Made by a program: the position numbers and the translations under genes
Notes under the pieces: model-generated
Database searches by the model: none
What the model was told of the DNA's origin: nothing
Seen by the model: the letters and a program-made list of their open reading frames with translations, nothing else
Assembly (NCBI RefSeq): GCF_964213995.1
Contig: NC_135803.1
Coordinates: 73,098,001 to 73,162,000, forward strand
Length of the DNA stretch: 64,000 bases
Source: Mustelus asterias
Taxonomy: Eukaryota
Direction of reading: 5' to 3'
In this document: in pieces, positions 12,430-23,459 of the stretch
Layout: each line of letters opens with the position of its first letter
How positions within the stretch are numbered: the first letter of the stretch is position 1

Positions 12430-13270
12430 TATGACTTATTGGAGAAGGTCCTTAAAGAGGGATTTTTAAGGCGGGTATTTCAGCTAAGTAGCCAAAAGCA
12501 CTACACCTTCAGGAATGGGGCAGGTGATATGGGAACAGTCCAGTCAGAAGAGAGCCAGAGAAACAGCACATAACAGCAGGAGGAGATGACAGGGAGAGAG
12601 AGACCATGGAGAGATTTCTTTTAATTCCAATTCAATCAAATCAGCGTCTCAACAAATTGAGACATTCCCGATCCGAGCTGACAAGACAGGGCTCTCACCT
12701 CCTGTCTTGGGCTTGATCTACATGATCCAAGCTGATTGGAGTAGGCATAGCTCCTCCAAGGCTTGATCTCATTTGCATCTTAGCCAAAAGGCCGAGATGC
12801 CACTTTTAAAAATTGCTTCAAATGAAGCTAAAATGTAACCTAATGACTTCAACCAAGCACAGCATGTCGATACTACACTCGATCTTAGCCAAAAGGCCGA
12901 GATTAAACAAGAGGATTTTGAATTAAGTGTGACATGGGTTGGGAAATGAATATTAGTGAGGATAGAGGCACTAGGGAAGTTGAATTTAGTTCTGTAGAGG
13001 ACTCGTGGGGCAGAGTATGGGTGACCAGCCAGCATAGCATCTAAACAGTCAAGTGCACTAGTGATAGTCAAGAATAAGGAATTCAGCAGAGACTGATTGA
13101 TGGAAGTAGGTAATCCATCTGGTGGGAGAATGGGGAGACTAAAACTATGCTCAGGGTCAAACAAGATGCCAAGTTCGCAAATGGTCAATTGAGTCTGAGG
13201 CATTGGTTGTGGAAACGGACGAAATCCATTTTGAAGGGTTTTTAAAAAAAATGGGGATAGAAGTTTTCAA
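12430..13270 (-). mobile_element. Old L2-like LINE remnant (host of the U2-derived insert)
   Basis: Degenerate LGILFDPEHSF segment; similar to the L2-like copies at 47.1-48.2 kb and 57.0-57.8 kb. Confidence 0.5.
12617..12902 (-). mobile_element. U2 snRNA-headed structured element (SINE-like) inserted in an L2 remnant
   Basis: 12869-12902 matches U2 nt 7-40 (33/34); 12777-12797 matches U2 nt 7-27. Followed by three hairpins and a TTGA/GAATT-like tail. GAGATT on both flanks. Confidence 0.7.
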
Positions 13271-13949
13271 TTTTCCCCAAAATTGAGCTGGAAGAATCAT
13301 GGAAGCTGTCAAAGGGCCAAGGCAGCAGAGAGTGCCAGCATCCACTCTGGAAGCTGTAACGTGGTCATTGAAGAGCAACCATCCAAACCTCCACTTTCCT
13401 ATCCAGCCAAGAAACCCCAGCCATTGCAACAAGATTCAGAGAATACATTGGAAACTCTAGGGCAGAGGATGCCTTACAGAAATTACCACATGCATTAAAA
13501 AGAACCACCTGGCGGTAACCCAAAGGGAAGCAACTGAAAATGGATTTATCCCACAAGGTGATTGAATTATCCCTGAACAGCACAAAGAGCTCACTGATTT
13601 TAGCTGGGCATTGGCCGGAGCATCTTCAGGATAGTTAGTGAAAGGGAGAAACAGACCAGCGTCCCCAACTCCAATCACATATGTGCTTCATCAGAAAGCA
13701 AGCGTATTTGGAGATTGGGTGAGGATGGGAGTGAACTTGATCATGATTCACTTTAGAATGACTCTGCCTATACCTACAGCTCAACTACTTTCACAAACCT
13801 AGTGCAGTGCCTTTCCCTGACTCCGTTGTACATTTTACTCCAGCATTCACACAGGAGCAATTTAAAGAAAAAGTTGACATAAAGATAGACAGCTGGACAG
13901 ACACGAAAACAAACAACATAAATGAGAGATTTTGATTTACAAAATCAAA

Positions 13950-14372
13950 AGGTGGCATGGTCGTTAGCACTGCTGTCTCAGATTTCCACTCCATCTGACG
14001 AAGGAGCAGCGCTCCGAAAGCTAATGGCATTTGCTATCAAATAAACCTGTTGGACTTTAACCTGGTGTTGTTAAAACTCTTACTCAACTCCAGGAACCCA
14101 GGTTCAATTCTGGCTTTGGGCGATTGCTCAAACTGTACACAGACATTCGCCCAGTGACTGCATGGGTTTCCTAGCACACTCCAAAGATGTGCAGGTTAGG
14201 TGGATTGGCCATGCTAAATTGCCCCTTAGTGGCCCAAGATGTGTAGGTTAAATGGATTAGCCATGGGAAATGCGTCGGGTTACAGGGATAGGGTCTGGGT
14301 AAGTTAGTGTGTCAGAGAGTTGGTATGGACTCAATGGGCTGAATGGTCTCTTCTGCACAATAGGGATTCTGT
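13950..14372 (+). mobile_element. HE1-like tRNA SINE interrupted by a Penelope pLTR fragment (13981-14084)
   Basis: SINE head ggtggcatggtcgttagcactgctgtctca resumes at caactccaggaacccaggttcaattc; CR1-like tail. Confidence 0.75.
13991..14027 (+). ncRNA. Minimal hammerhead ribozyme
   Basis: CCAU CUGACGA A GGAGC agc GCUCC GAAA GC UA AUGG. Confidence 0.8.
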
Positions 14373-14441
14373 GATTATTAATAATACATGTGGTTTATAG
14401 CAATCAATCATTTGATCGCCTCCAATCACATTAAGTATTAC

Positions 14442-14675
14442 CTGGATAAAGAGGATGTCATCATACTTTTGTGAAAGGATGTTGAGCTCTGTCAGAGATT
14501 TCTCAAATTCTTTTGCTGCGTTCTGGAGGTTGATGATCCTTGCGTCAATCTCTGCTGTTACACGGATCTGCTCCCTGTCCACCTCTTCAAAGGCTTCTCT
14601 TTCTTCTTCATTAATCTGCTGCCTGAGAGCCTCGTACTTCTCCTCAATGTTTATTTCCTTCTCCTTTATTGCTGC
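14442..14675 (-). CDS. TRIM gene exon 3 (234 nt, coiled coil)
   Basis: tgaag|GCA...ATC CAG|gtaata; AAIKEKEINIEEKYEALRQQINEEE...DDILFIQ. Confidence 0.9.
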
Positions 14676-15129
14676 CTTCAATAACAATGTTTTAGTGATT
14701 ACACAATACAGATCTTGCACACTCTTCATTAATAGTCAGCTGTGTTTCAGTGGGCAGTACTCTCACCAATGGATCAGAAGGTTGTGGGTTCAAGCCCCAC
14801 TCCAGAATCATGAACTCAAGGCTAACCCAAGAAAATATTGCAATGTTTGGCCCCTTGGGCAGACAAAAACATCCAGAACACTATTTGAGAAAGAATGGAG
14901 TTTTCTGGTCAATATTTATCCCTACACCAACATCTAAAACAGATGCTCCCATTGCCTCATTACTGTTGTGGAAGTTTCGAGCACACAAATTCACTCCATT
15001 GCAAGTGATTGACTGCACAGTGCCTCAAGAGATCAGTAAATGCAAATCTTTTGCCTTTTCCTCACATTGATGCCCAACAGTAAGAGTGTGTCATTAAACA
15101 GAGAGGAGGAGATTACAGTAAAGAGTGTG

Positions 15130-15920
15130 TGATTTCCACCTAGTATTGAGTATATTGAAGTGGATGGAAAACTGGTTGGCAGACAGGAAACAGTAGGAAT
15201 AAGAGGTATTTTTCCGAATAGCAGGCAGTGACTTCTGGGGTACTACAGGGATGGGTGCGAGGACCCCCCGCTCTTCACAATATTTATTAGATGATTTAGG
15301 TGAGGGAACTAAATGTAATATCGCCAAGTTTGCAGGTGACAAAGCTGGGTGGGTGGGTAAGCTGTGAGGAGGATGCAGAGATGCTTCAGTGTGATTTGGA
15401 CAAGTTGCGTGAGTGGGCAAATGCATGGCAGATGCAGTTTAATGTGGATAAACGTGAGGTTATCCACCTTGGTAGCAAAACATGAAGGCAGACTATCTGA
15501 ATGGCTATAGATTGAAAAAAACAATGTACAATGAGACCTGGGTGTCCTTGCACACCAGTTGTTGAAGGTAAGCATGCAGGTGCAGCAGGCAGTAAAGAAA
15601 TAAAATGGTACGTTGGCCTTCATAGTGAGAAGATTCGAGTACAGGAGCAGGGATGTCTTTCTGTAATTATACAGGGCCTTGGTAAGACCATACTGGAATA
15701 GTGTGTGCAATTTTGATCTCCTTATCTAAAGAAGGATGTTCTTGCTTTAGAGGGAGTGCAGTGAATGTTTACCATACTGATTTCTGGGATAGTGGGACTG
15801 CCGTACAAGGAGATAGAGATCGAGTCGGTTAGGACAATATTCACTAAATTATAATGAATGACGGAGTAGGCTCGGAAGGTTAAATGGCCACCTCCTGCTC
15901 TTATTTTTTATGTTTCTCTG
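15130..15920 (+). mobile_element. CR1 LINE RT fragment
   Basis: Degenerate AKFAGDKAG / LQCDLDKLREWANAWQMQFNVDK.EVIH. Confidence 0.8.
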
Positions 15921-16939
15921 CTTCCATCCCTTCCATGCTGAAAATATTTTTGAAAATGTCCCACTGAAATCCTGCTCACAATCTATTGCACTCGATTTCC
16001 AACGGGCCTAAAATGGGAGGAATGGGCATGGTGATAGGGAACATTAAGGGAGGGCAGAAACCACAGATATTTATGTCCAGTCTCTCTGGCTACCGCCCAG
16101 TTCCATCTATTCACGCTATGGATTAATCACTCCATTCACTACCTGACGCGCACAGAGGGAGTGCTTGGCTGAAGAAGCTTCTTCAGTTTAGTGATCACTG
16201 TTTACAAATCAGCAGACTGCAAACTAACCACAGGAAAACAGTAGCTCAGCGTGATCCCATCTTCCACCATCATCTATTCATACCCTTCTAACACAGGGCA
16301 AGAATTGAAACACAGCTGATTTTTCCGATCTTTAGGCGGAAGATGTCAGGTCCATCTGTTCCTGAAGCTGGCCAGTACTCTGCACACACCAGGAATAAAA
16401 TCTAATAGATTCTGAGACGATGTGCATTCTATTAACTCATTGGACATCAAATAGAGTTGACAAACAAAAGTGAAGAAAGATTTGTAATTTCTATAGCAAC
16501 AATATACATCCCAAAACATTTTTCGTCTGTGAAGTAGCTTTAACTTGTAGTTGCTGTTAGAATGCAAGTAAAGCAGCAGCTAAATTGTGCAGAGCCAGAG
16601 CCCACAACAGAAATCTGATAATGAACGTATAATCTGTTTTCAAGTTGACTGAGAGATAGATATTGGACAGGACAGTGGGAAAACACCTCTGTTCTTCTTC
16701 AAAATAGTATCATGGCTCTTAGACTGGGCCTCAGTTTAATGTCTCCTCTGAAAGATGGCACCTCAAAGTGCTGCCTTCCCTCAGCACTGCACAGGAGTGT
16801 CAGCCTGGATTGTGTGCTCAATTCTCCAGAGTGGGACTTGCTGACTTCAGATGGGAGTGTGCTACCCACTGGGCCAGAGCTGATACCATACAATGTTCAA
16901 GCTTTTTATTTAAATCCACTAACTGGTTGGTTTACTCAC

Positions 16940-17035
16940 CAAAGCATTTTTTTTTTCTTCCTGAAGATCTTCAAGAGCGATTTGTGAAGCTTCAGCATTA
17001 ATCTTTAGCTTCTCCTGTTGATCTTTCAAATTATT
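16940..17035 (-). CDS. TRIM gene exon 2 (96 nt, coiled coil)
   Basis: ctgttag|AAT...TTG|gtgagt; NNLKDQQEKLKINAEASQIALEDLQEEKKNAL; canonical 96-nt TRIM exon. Confidence 0.88.
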
Positions 17036-18251
17036 CTAACAGAAAACAGTAGAGAAACAGTCACTTCAAGGTGTTACACATCAGACCCATAATCTGCAAA
17101 TGATTGAGATGAACTTAACCTAACATCATCAAATCTATGGCCTTCAATACAAAATGTAGAGTGCAAAAAGCCTTTCATTTTTGTTTGGTATATTAAGGAA
17201 ACCTGCATTTTGCAGCAGTGTAATTAATGGTCTATTGAAAAGTTCAGAATTGTGCAATCCTTTTGTTATTTTATACTTTAATGATAGACTATTACCATTA
17301 TGAATTATGATTGTTTTATTTGTATTGTCATCATAATTCCTTCAACATCACTTCCAAAACCTCAACGTCTACCACCCCTAGAAGAACAAGGACAGCAGAT
17401 ATCCAGGATCATCGTCATCTGCAAGTTCCCTTCCAAGCCACACACTATCCTGATTTGTAAATATGGGCCGTAACCTCTGAGCTCCCCAGTGTTGGATATG
17501 TAAGGACGGGTACACCCAAGAAATGCTGGGGAATCCCTCTCTGAACTTCCCAGATGAGAGTTTACAAGGCAATTGCCCAGAAGTACAAACTTTCTCTGGA
17601 CAACTGCTCTGTGCTAGGAGCCATCCAAAAATGCATTCAAATCTCAAACTTTGGATGGTTCTGGCTGTGTAATACAAATAGTCAACAGCAAGTTAGAATT
17701 AAAACTTCCTCTAATTTCTGAGAAACTATAGAAAAGATCCAGACCGCCACATCCATGACTATCACTGCCCCTCCACCACAAAACATGGGGTACCACCCAC
17801 CCAACAATCATATGCCTGACCTTCCAAGGTCTGACCACCCTCTGACCCCTTCACCACCTACTAACACACCAGGTACAACCACCAATTCTATCTGATTGCC
17901 TTTTCTCGGGCCTTTCAATTTCAATGAAGCCTTTAACTAACCTGATTCATGGCAGTTAAAAAAACAGGACATGTCATTGTTCAGTCCAACTGATCTGTGC
18001 CTTGAGGACAGCTGCACTACCTGGATCTTGCCCAGTCTAAATCAGGTCAGGTGAGACAGGCTTGGAAGGAAATCCATGTAGGCAAACAGGCACAGAGTGC
18101 CAATCCAACACAGATTGCCACTCCAAGGAAGTTGTGGCTCTACATTAGCTCTCTTTCATTGTTGCTGGGTCAAATATCCAGACTTCCTTTTCTATCAGCA
18201 TCATGGATGTACCTATACCAGATATTCTGCTGTGGTTTAAGTAGTTTAAGC

Positions 18252-18649
18252 TGTTAAGTTTATTGGTGTCACAAGTAGACTTACATTAACACTGCAATGA
18301 AGTTATTGTGAAAATCCCCTAGTTGCCACACTCCAGCATTGTTTGGGCAAATTGAGGGAGAATTTAGCATGGGCAATGCACCTAACCACCAGGGTTTACA
18401 CCCACAGTCCAAAAGACACAGGGAGAATGTGCAGATTCCGCAGAGTGAACAAAGCCCGGAGTCAAACCTGGGCCCCTGGCACTGTGAGGCGTCGATGGTA
18501 GTCATGATGTGGAGATGCCGGCGTTGGACTGGGGTAAACACAGTAAGAAGTTTAACAACATCAGGTTAAAGTCCAACAGGTTTATTTGGTAGCAAAAGCC
18601 ACACAAGCTTTCGGAGCTCCAAGCCAGCAGTGCTAACTACTGTGCCACC
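18252..18649 (-). mobile_element. tRNA SINE interrupted by a Penelope 3' fragment (18491-18624)
   Basis: SINE head split at gttagcactgctg|gcctcacagtgcc; insert carries the pLTR end, tail and the 3' half of the ribozyme. Confidence 0.75.
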
Positions 18650-18822
18650 ACACCACTTGAAAGAAAGTAGCTCACCACCACCTTCCCAAGTGCAATTAGG
18701 GGCCGGTAACAAATGCTGGCTTAAACAAAACTTTAATAAATCATCCATGGTGATTTTTCATTAAAGCAATTATCTATCTAGTTAAAATAAAGAGCTATAT
18801 ATTTTCACTAGTGCACACATAC

Positions 18823-19392
18823 CCTCAACTCCTTCACTGCTTCACTAATGCTGATCAAGTCGTGGCCCTTGTGGCTTCCTATTAAAGCGCAGAGGCTGCA
18901 GACACAGATAGCATCGTCCTTACAGTAAATTTCCAGCAACTTCTGGTGCTCTGCGCATTTGCCAATCGCCATGTCTGCAGTTGGGTCTGTGAGAGGGTGG
19001 CTTTGCAGCACCACATTCTCCTGGTGCAGCCTGAGGTGTATGGAGCACATGGAGACTTCACATTGAAGGCAGCTTTTAATGGCCGAGCGCCTTTTCTTGG
19101 TGCAGTAGGTGCAGGGCACAGCGCCATGGGACGGATCCAGAGCCAAGTAACTGGCCACGATGTTGGCCAGCTGGAAATTCTTCTCCAGGGTGGGCCTCAG
19201 GCCGGAGCCTGCCCGACACTGCGGGCAGCTGTAGGTGCCACACCCGGGCTCCCTCCACACTGCCTCAAGGCAGGCCCGGCAGAAACTGTGCTTACAGCTG
19301 AGAATCACCGGCTCCGTGTAAATCTCCAGGCAGACCGGGCAGGTCAGCTCCTCCTCCAGAGGCTCCTGCTGGAGAGCTGCTGCTGCCGCCAT
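18823..19392 (-). CDS. TRIM gene exon 1 (RING, B-box1, B-box2); TRIM25/47/finTRIM-like architecture
   Basis: MAAAAALQQEPLEEELTCPVCLEIY..CKHSFC..C..CPQC (RING), CTYC..CLQC..C..H, CAEH..C..D..C..C..H..H; donor AGG|gtatgt. Spliced CDS 1590 nt = 529 aa. Confidence 0.92.
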
Positions 19393-20069
19393 GTCGCCCG
19401 GAAGTAGCGGGGAGGAAGAGGAATCAGACTGTACAACTCCCTGTGCACCGCAGAAAGAGTCCCGGACAATTGGAAATAAATAGCCCAACACTCAGGAGAC
19501 TGCAGATTATTAATAATAATTATTATCATATTATTATATAGTTTTATTCTTTCACAGGATATTATTATTGCTGCCCAGACAGCTTTATTGCCTCCGTTTT
19601 TGCTGCATTTTTCCCCTCACAATAATAACTTTCTATGTGGGGTTGAAGTTACAATCAGATCAGCCATGGTGAAGCAGGCTCGAGGGGCCTACTCCTGCAC
19701 CTAATTCGTATGTTGCTGTACGATAGTGCCATGGTCAGTCAACCTATCCGCCCTGCAGCCCTCACTCTCATCCAAACAAGCTGAAAGAACCTCAAACCTG
19801 TTGGACAATTGTATAGACTGACATGCCTGCCCTCTGGGTCTCCTTACATGCCTCAGCTGCAGTCATATCATCCTGTCCATGACCACCTTCCAGATCGAAG
19901 AGCCTATCCTAAGGCTGTGATTGCCTCCACATACAAAGTGTCCAGGTAACTCACATCCTCCTTGATGTGTCACTATGTCCATAGCTCAGCATCCAGCTCA
20001 GTCACTCTGAGCCAAAGCTCCTTAATCCACAGACACTTACTACAGATGTGCTTGCCCTGGATAACACTG

Positions 20070-21833
20070 GTAGCCATGATGTGGAGATGCCGGCTTTGGA
20101 CTGGGGTGAGCACAGTAATAAGTCTCACAACAGCAGGTTAAAGTCCAGCAGGTTTCTTTGGCAGCACTAGCTTTCGGAGTCTCAGGCTCCTTCATCAGGT
20201 GACTGAGGACTTGTGTTTTCAAACAGGTCATATACAGACACAAACTCAATTTACAAGATAATGGTTGGAATGCGAGACTTTACAGGTAATCAAGTCTTAA
20301 AGGTACAGACAATGTGAGTGGAGAGAGGGTTAAGCACATGTTAAAGAGATGTGTATTGTCTCCAGCCAGGACAGTTAGCGAGATTTTGCAAGCCCAGGCA
20401 AGTCGTGAGGGTTACAGATAGTGTGACATGAACCCAAGATCCCGGTTGAGGCTGTCCTCATGTGTGCAGAACTTGGCTATCAGTTTCTGCTGAGCGATTC
20501 TGCGTTGTGTGTCATGAAAGCCGCCTTGGAGAAGATCAGAGGCTGAATGCCCGTGACTGCTGAAGTGTTCCCCGACTGGAAGGGAACACTCCTGCCTGGT
20601 GATTGTCAAGCGGTGTTCATTCATTCGTTGTCGTAGCGTCTGCATAGTCTCCCCAATGTCCTTTCCTGCAGCGTATCGGGTAGACAACGTTGGCCGAGTC
20701 GCAAGAGTATGTACCGTGTACCTGGTGGATGGTGTTCTCACGTGAGATGATGGCATCTGTGTCGATGATCCGGCACGTCTAGCACAGGTTGCTGTGGCAG
20801 GGTTGTGTAGTGTTGTGGTCACTGTTCTCCTGAAGGCTGGGTAGTTTGAAGTTTGTAAATGGTCTGTTTGAGGTTGTGCGATTGTTGAAGGCAAGAAGCG
20901 GGGGTGTGGGGATGGCGTTGGCAAGATGTTCGTCTTCATCGATGACATGTTGAAGGCTCCAGAGAAGATGTCATAGCTTCTCCACTCCGGGGAAGTACTG
21001 GACGACGAAGGGTACTCTGTCCGCCGTGTCCCATGTTTGTCTTCTGAGGAGGTCGGTGCGGTTTTTCGCTGTGGCACATCGGAACTGTCGATCGATGAGT
21101 CGAGCGCCATATCCTGTTCTTATGAGGACATCTTTCAGTGTTTGTAGGTGTCTGTTGTGATCCTCCTCATCTGAACAGATCCTGTGTATACGGAGGGCTT
21201 GTCCGTAGGGGATGGCTTCTTTAACATGTTTAGGGTGGAAGCTGGAGAAGTGGAGCATTGTGAGGTTATCCGTGGGCTTGCAGTACAATGAAGTGCTGAA
21301 GTGACCGTCCTTGATGGAGATACGTGTGTCCAAGAATGCAACTGATACCGGAGAGTAGTCCATGGTGAGTCTGATGGTGGGATGGAACTTCTGATGTCAT
21401 CAAATAGTTGTTTCAGTGATAGTTCTCCATGAGTCCAAAGAAAGAAAATGTCATCCATGTATCTAGTGTATAGCATCGGTTGGAGGTCCTGTGCGGCGAA
21501 GAGGTCTTGTTCGAACCTGTGCATAAAGATGTTGGCATATTGAGGTGCCAATTTGGTCCCCATTGGCTGTTCCGTGTGTTTGGGTGAAGAACTGGTTGTT
21601 GAAGATGAAGACGTTGTGGTCCAGGATGAAGCGGATGGGTTGTAGAATTGCATCTGGAGATCGGCAGTTGTCAGCGTTGAGTACTGAGGCAGTTGCAGCA
21701 ATGCCGTCACCGTGGGGGATGCTGGTGTAGAGTGCCGAGACATCCATGACATTAAGGACACTACGGACTTCCTACAGAAACTCGGCACACATGGAGCAGT
21801 TGAACCAGGAGCACTCCTCGTCACAGTGGATGT
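20070..21833 (-). mobile_element. 5'-truncated Penelope-like element (RT + GIY-YIG, frameshifted) with 5' inversion
   Basis: MDVSALYTSIPH, GTKLAPQYANIFM, YTRYMDDIFFLW, VAFLD, SFHPKHVKEAIPYGQALRIHRICS; same family as 1344-3450. Confidence 0.92.
20165..20201 (-). ncRNA. Minimal hammerhead ribozyme
   Basis: Reverse complement CAC CUGAUGA A GGAG ccugaga CUCC GAAA GC UA GUG. Confidence 0.72.
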
Positions 21834-22376
21834 ATGCAATGGATGCATTGCTGCACGGGTAACCATGAGCTCCCACATGCTGCAGCCTTGACACATCACG
21901 TGTCCTGCCATACTTATGTGCTTTAATTATGTAATCAATTATTTATTTTCTTTTACATATTTATTAATCTAGTCACAACTTCCTTTAATATTTTAAACTT
22001 TAGGAATAGAAGACCTTGACCAATTATTGGATACTCACTAAACAGCTCACTCCGCCCTCTGTAATAGTGCAGGAAGCAATTCCTACAGGGTGAAAATGTT
22101 AGTAAAAGCAAAGGAGTATCTCCCTCCCCTCCTCACCAAATTCCTTCAGCTCACCAACCTCTCACACTCTGATGAAGTTTCACTCCAGTGCTGGTTTCGG
22201 TGAAACTAGACAGAATGCGATGTACTCATACAAGGGATATAGAAAGTTAGCATGCAGGTGCAACAAGCAACATGCAAATGACATGTTGGCCTTTATTACA
22301 AGGGGATTGGAGTACAAGAATAAGGAAGTCTTGTTCCAATTGAATAGGTTTTGGTGAAACCACACTGGAGAGCAAT

Positions 22377-22503
22377 GGCCGGAATTTTACCGTCCCGCCT
22401 GCCACGGGAATCGGAGCAGGCAAGGGGCGGACCACGGAAAAGTCCGTTGACCTCGGGTGGGATTTTACGGTTTCAGGACGAGCAAGGCCAGAAAATCCTG
22501 CCC
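22377..22503. mobile_element. Short MITE with imperfect terminal inverted repeats, inserted in a CR1 fragment
   Basis: Ends GGCCGGAATTTTAC ... AGAAAATCCTGCCC; CR1 sequence (22200-22800) continues on both sides. Confidence 0.65.
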
Positions 22504-23459
22504 AGTGTGCTTTGGTCTTCATATTTAAGGTATATTTGCATTGAACGTGGTTTAGTGAAGGTTCACAAATTGGTCCCAAGGTTGAAAGGGTTGTCCCATG
22601 AAGAGAGGCTGAGTAAATTGGGCCTATACTCATTGAAGCTCAATGCGAAGTGATCTCATTGAAACATTTAAAATTCTGAAGGGCAGACATGGAAAGGTTG
22701 TTTCCCCAGGCTGGGGAATCTAGAACATGGGAGCACTGTTTCAGGATAAAAGGCTGATAATTTAGGACTGGGATGAGGAGAATCTTTTTCACTCAACAGT
22801 GATAAAACATTGTAAAACAGCAACAAAAATTGTTTAGCTCATCCACATAGCTTCCATGTTTTCACCCGCAAGGTTCTGAACTAAAATAACCTATGACTCC
22901 AATACTTGGGCCTGCTAAAAACATTTCCGCAAAACTGGTGTTTCTGAACAATAAATTTCCTACTGAAGAGGTTAGAGTGTATTCACAGCTGGTGTGGGTG
23001 AAGCTAAAGTGTTCCAAGCAGACTGAACTAGATTTTAAATTATCCCACAACCAGCCAAACATTTCCCTCAACTGTCTTATGCAAGACGGGGTGAGTAAAG
23101 GTGGTACCTCATGCAGTTTATGGGACACGAGATGAGATTCCGTCCAATTTAATTGTCTTATGTGTGCAGTTAAATTATATCAAGCATTAACAGGCACGGT
23201 AGTACAATGGTTCTGTTCTAGTCTAATAATCATCTGTAATAAAAAGCTAGTTTCAGTATTGGTGAAACTGCCAGATTGTCATAAAAACCCATCTGGTTTA
23301 TTAATGTCCCTTAGGGAAGGAAATCTGCCATCCTTATCTGTTCTGGCTTACTCCAGATCCACAGCAAAATGCTGAGCTCTTAACTACTCTCTGAAATGGC
23401 CTAGTAAGGTAATCAGTTGTACCAAATTGCAACGGAAAACTATAATAAAAATAAAACCA

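Larger units (their letters stand above)
19720..22150 (-). mobile_element. Old CR1 5'/ORF1 remnant split by the Penelope insertion
   Basis: MAGHVMCQGCSMWEL (from 21911) continues past the insertion as PGQAHL/KHICSKCLWIKELWLRVTELDAEL, resembling a CR1 ORF1 zinc-finger/leucine-zipper. Confidence 0.55.

Noticed and set aside
12869-12902. Functional U2 snRNA gene
   Set aside because: Only nt 7-40 are present; no Sm site, 3' stem-loops or upstream promoter context.
18808-19491. Longer TRIM N-terminus from the upstream non-ATG start in the ORF track
   Set aside because: The first in-frame ATG with good context (gacATGG) is at 19392, just before the RING domain as expected for TRIMs.
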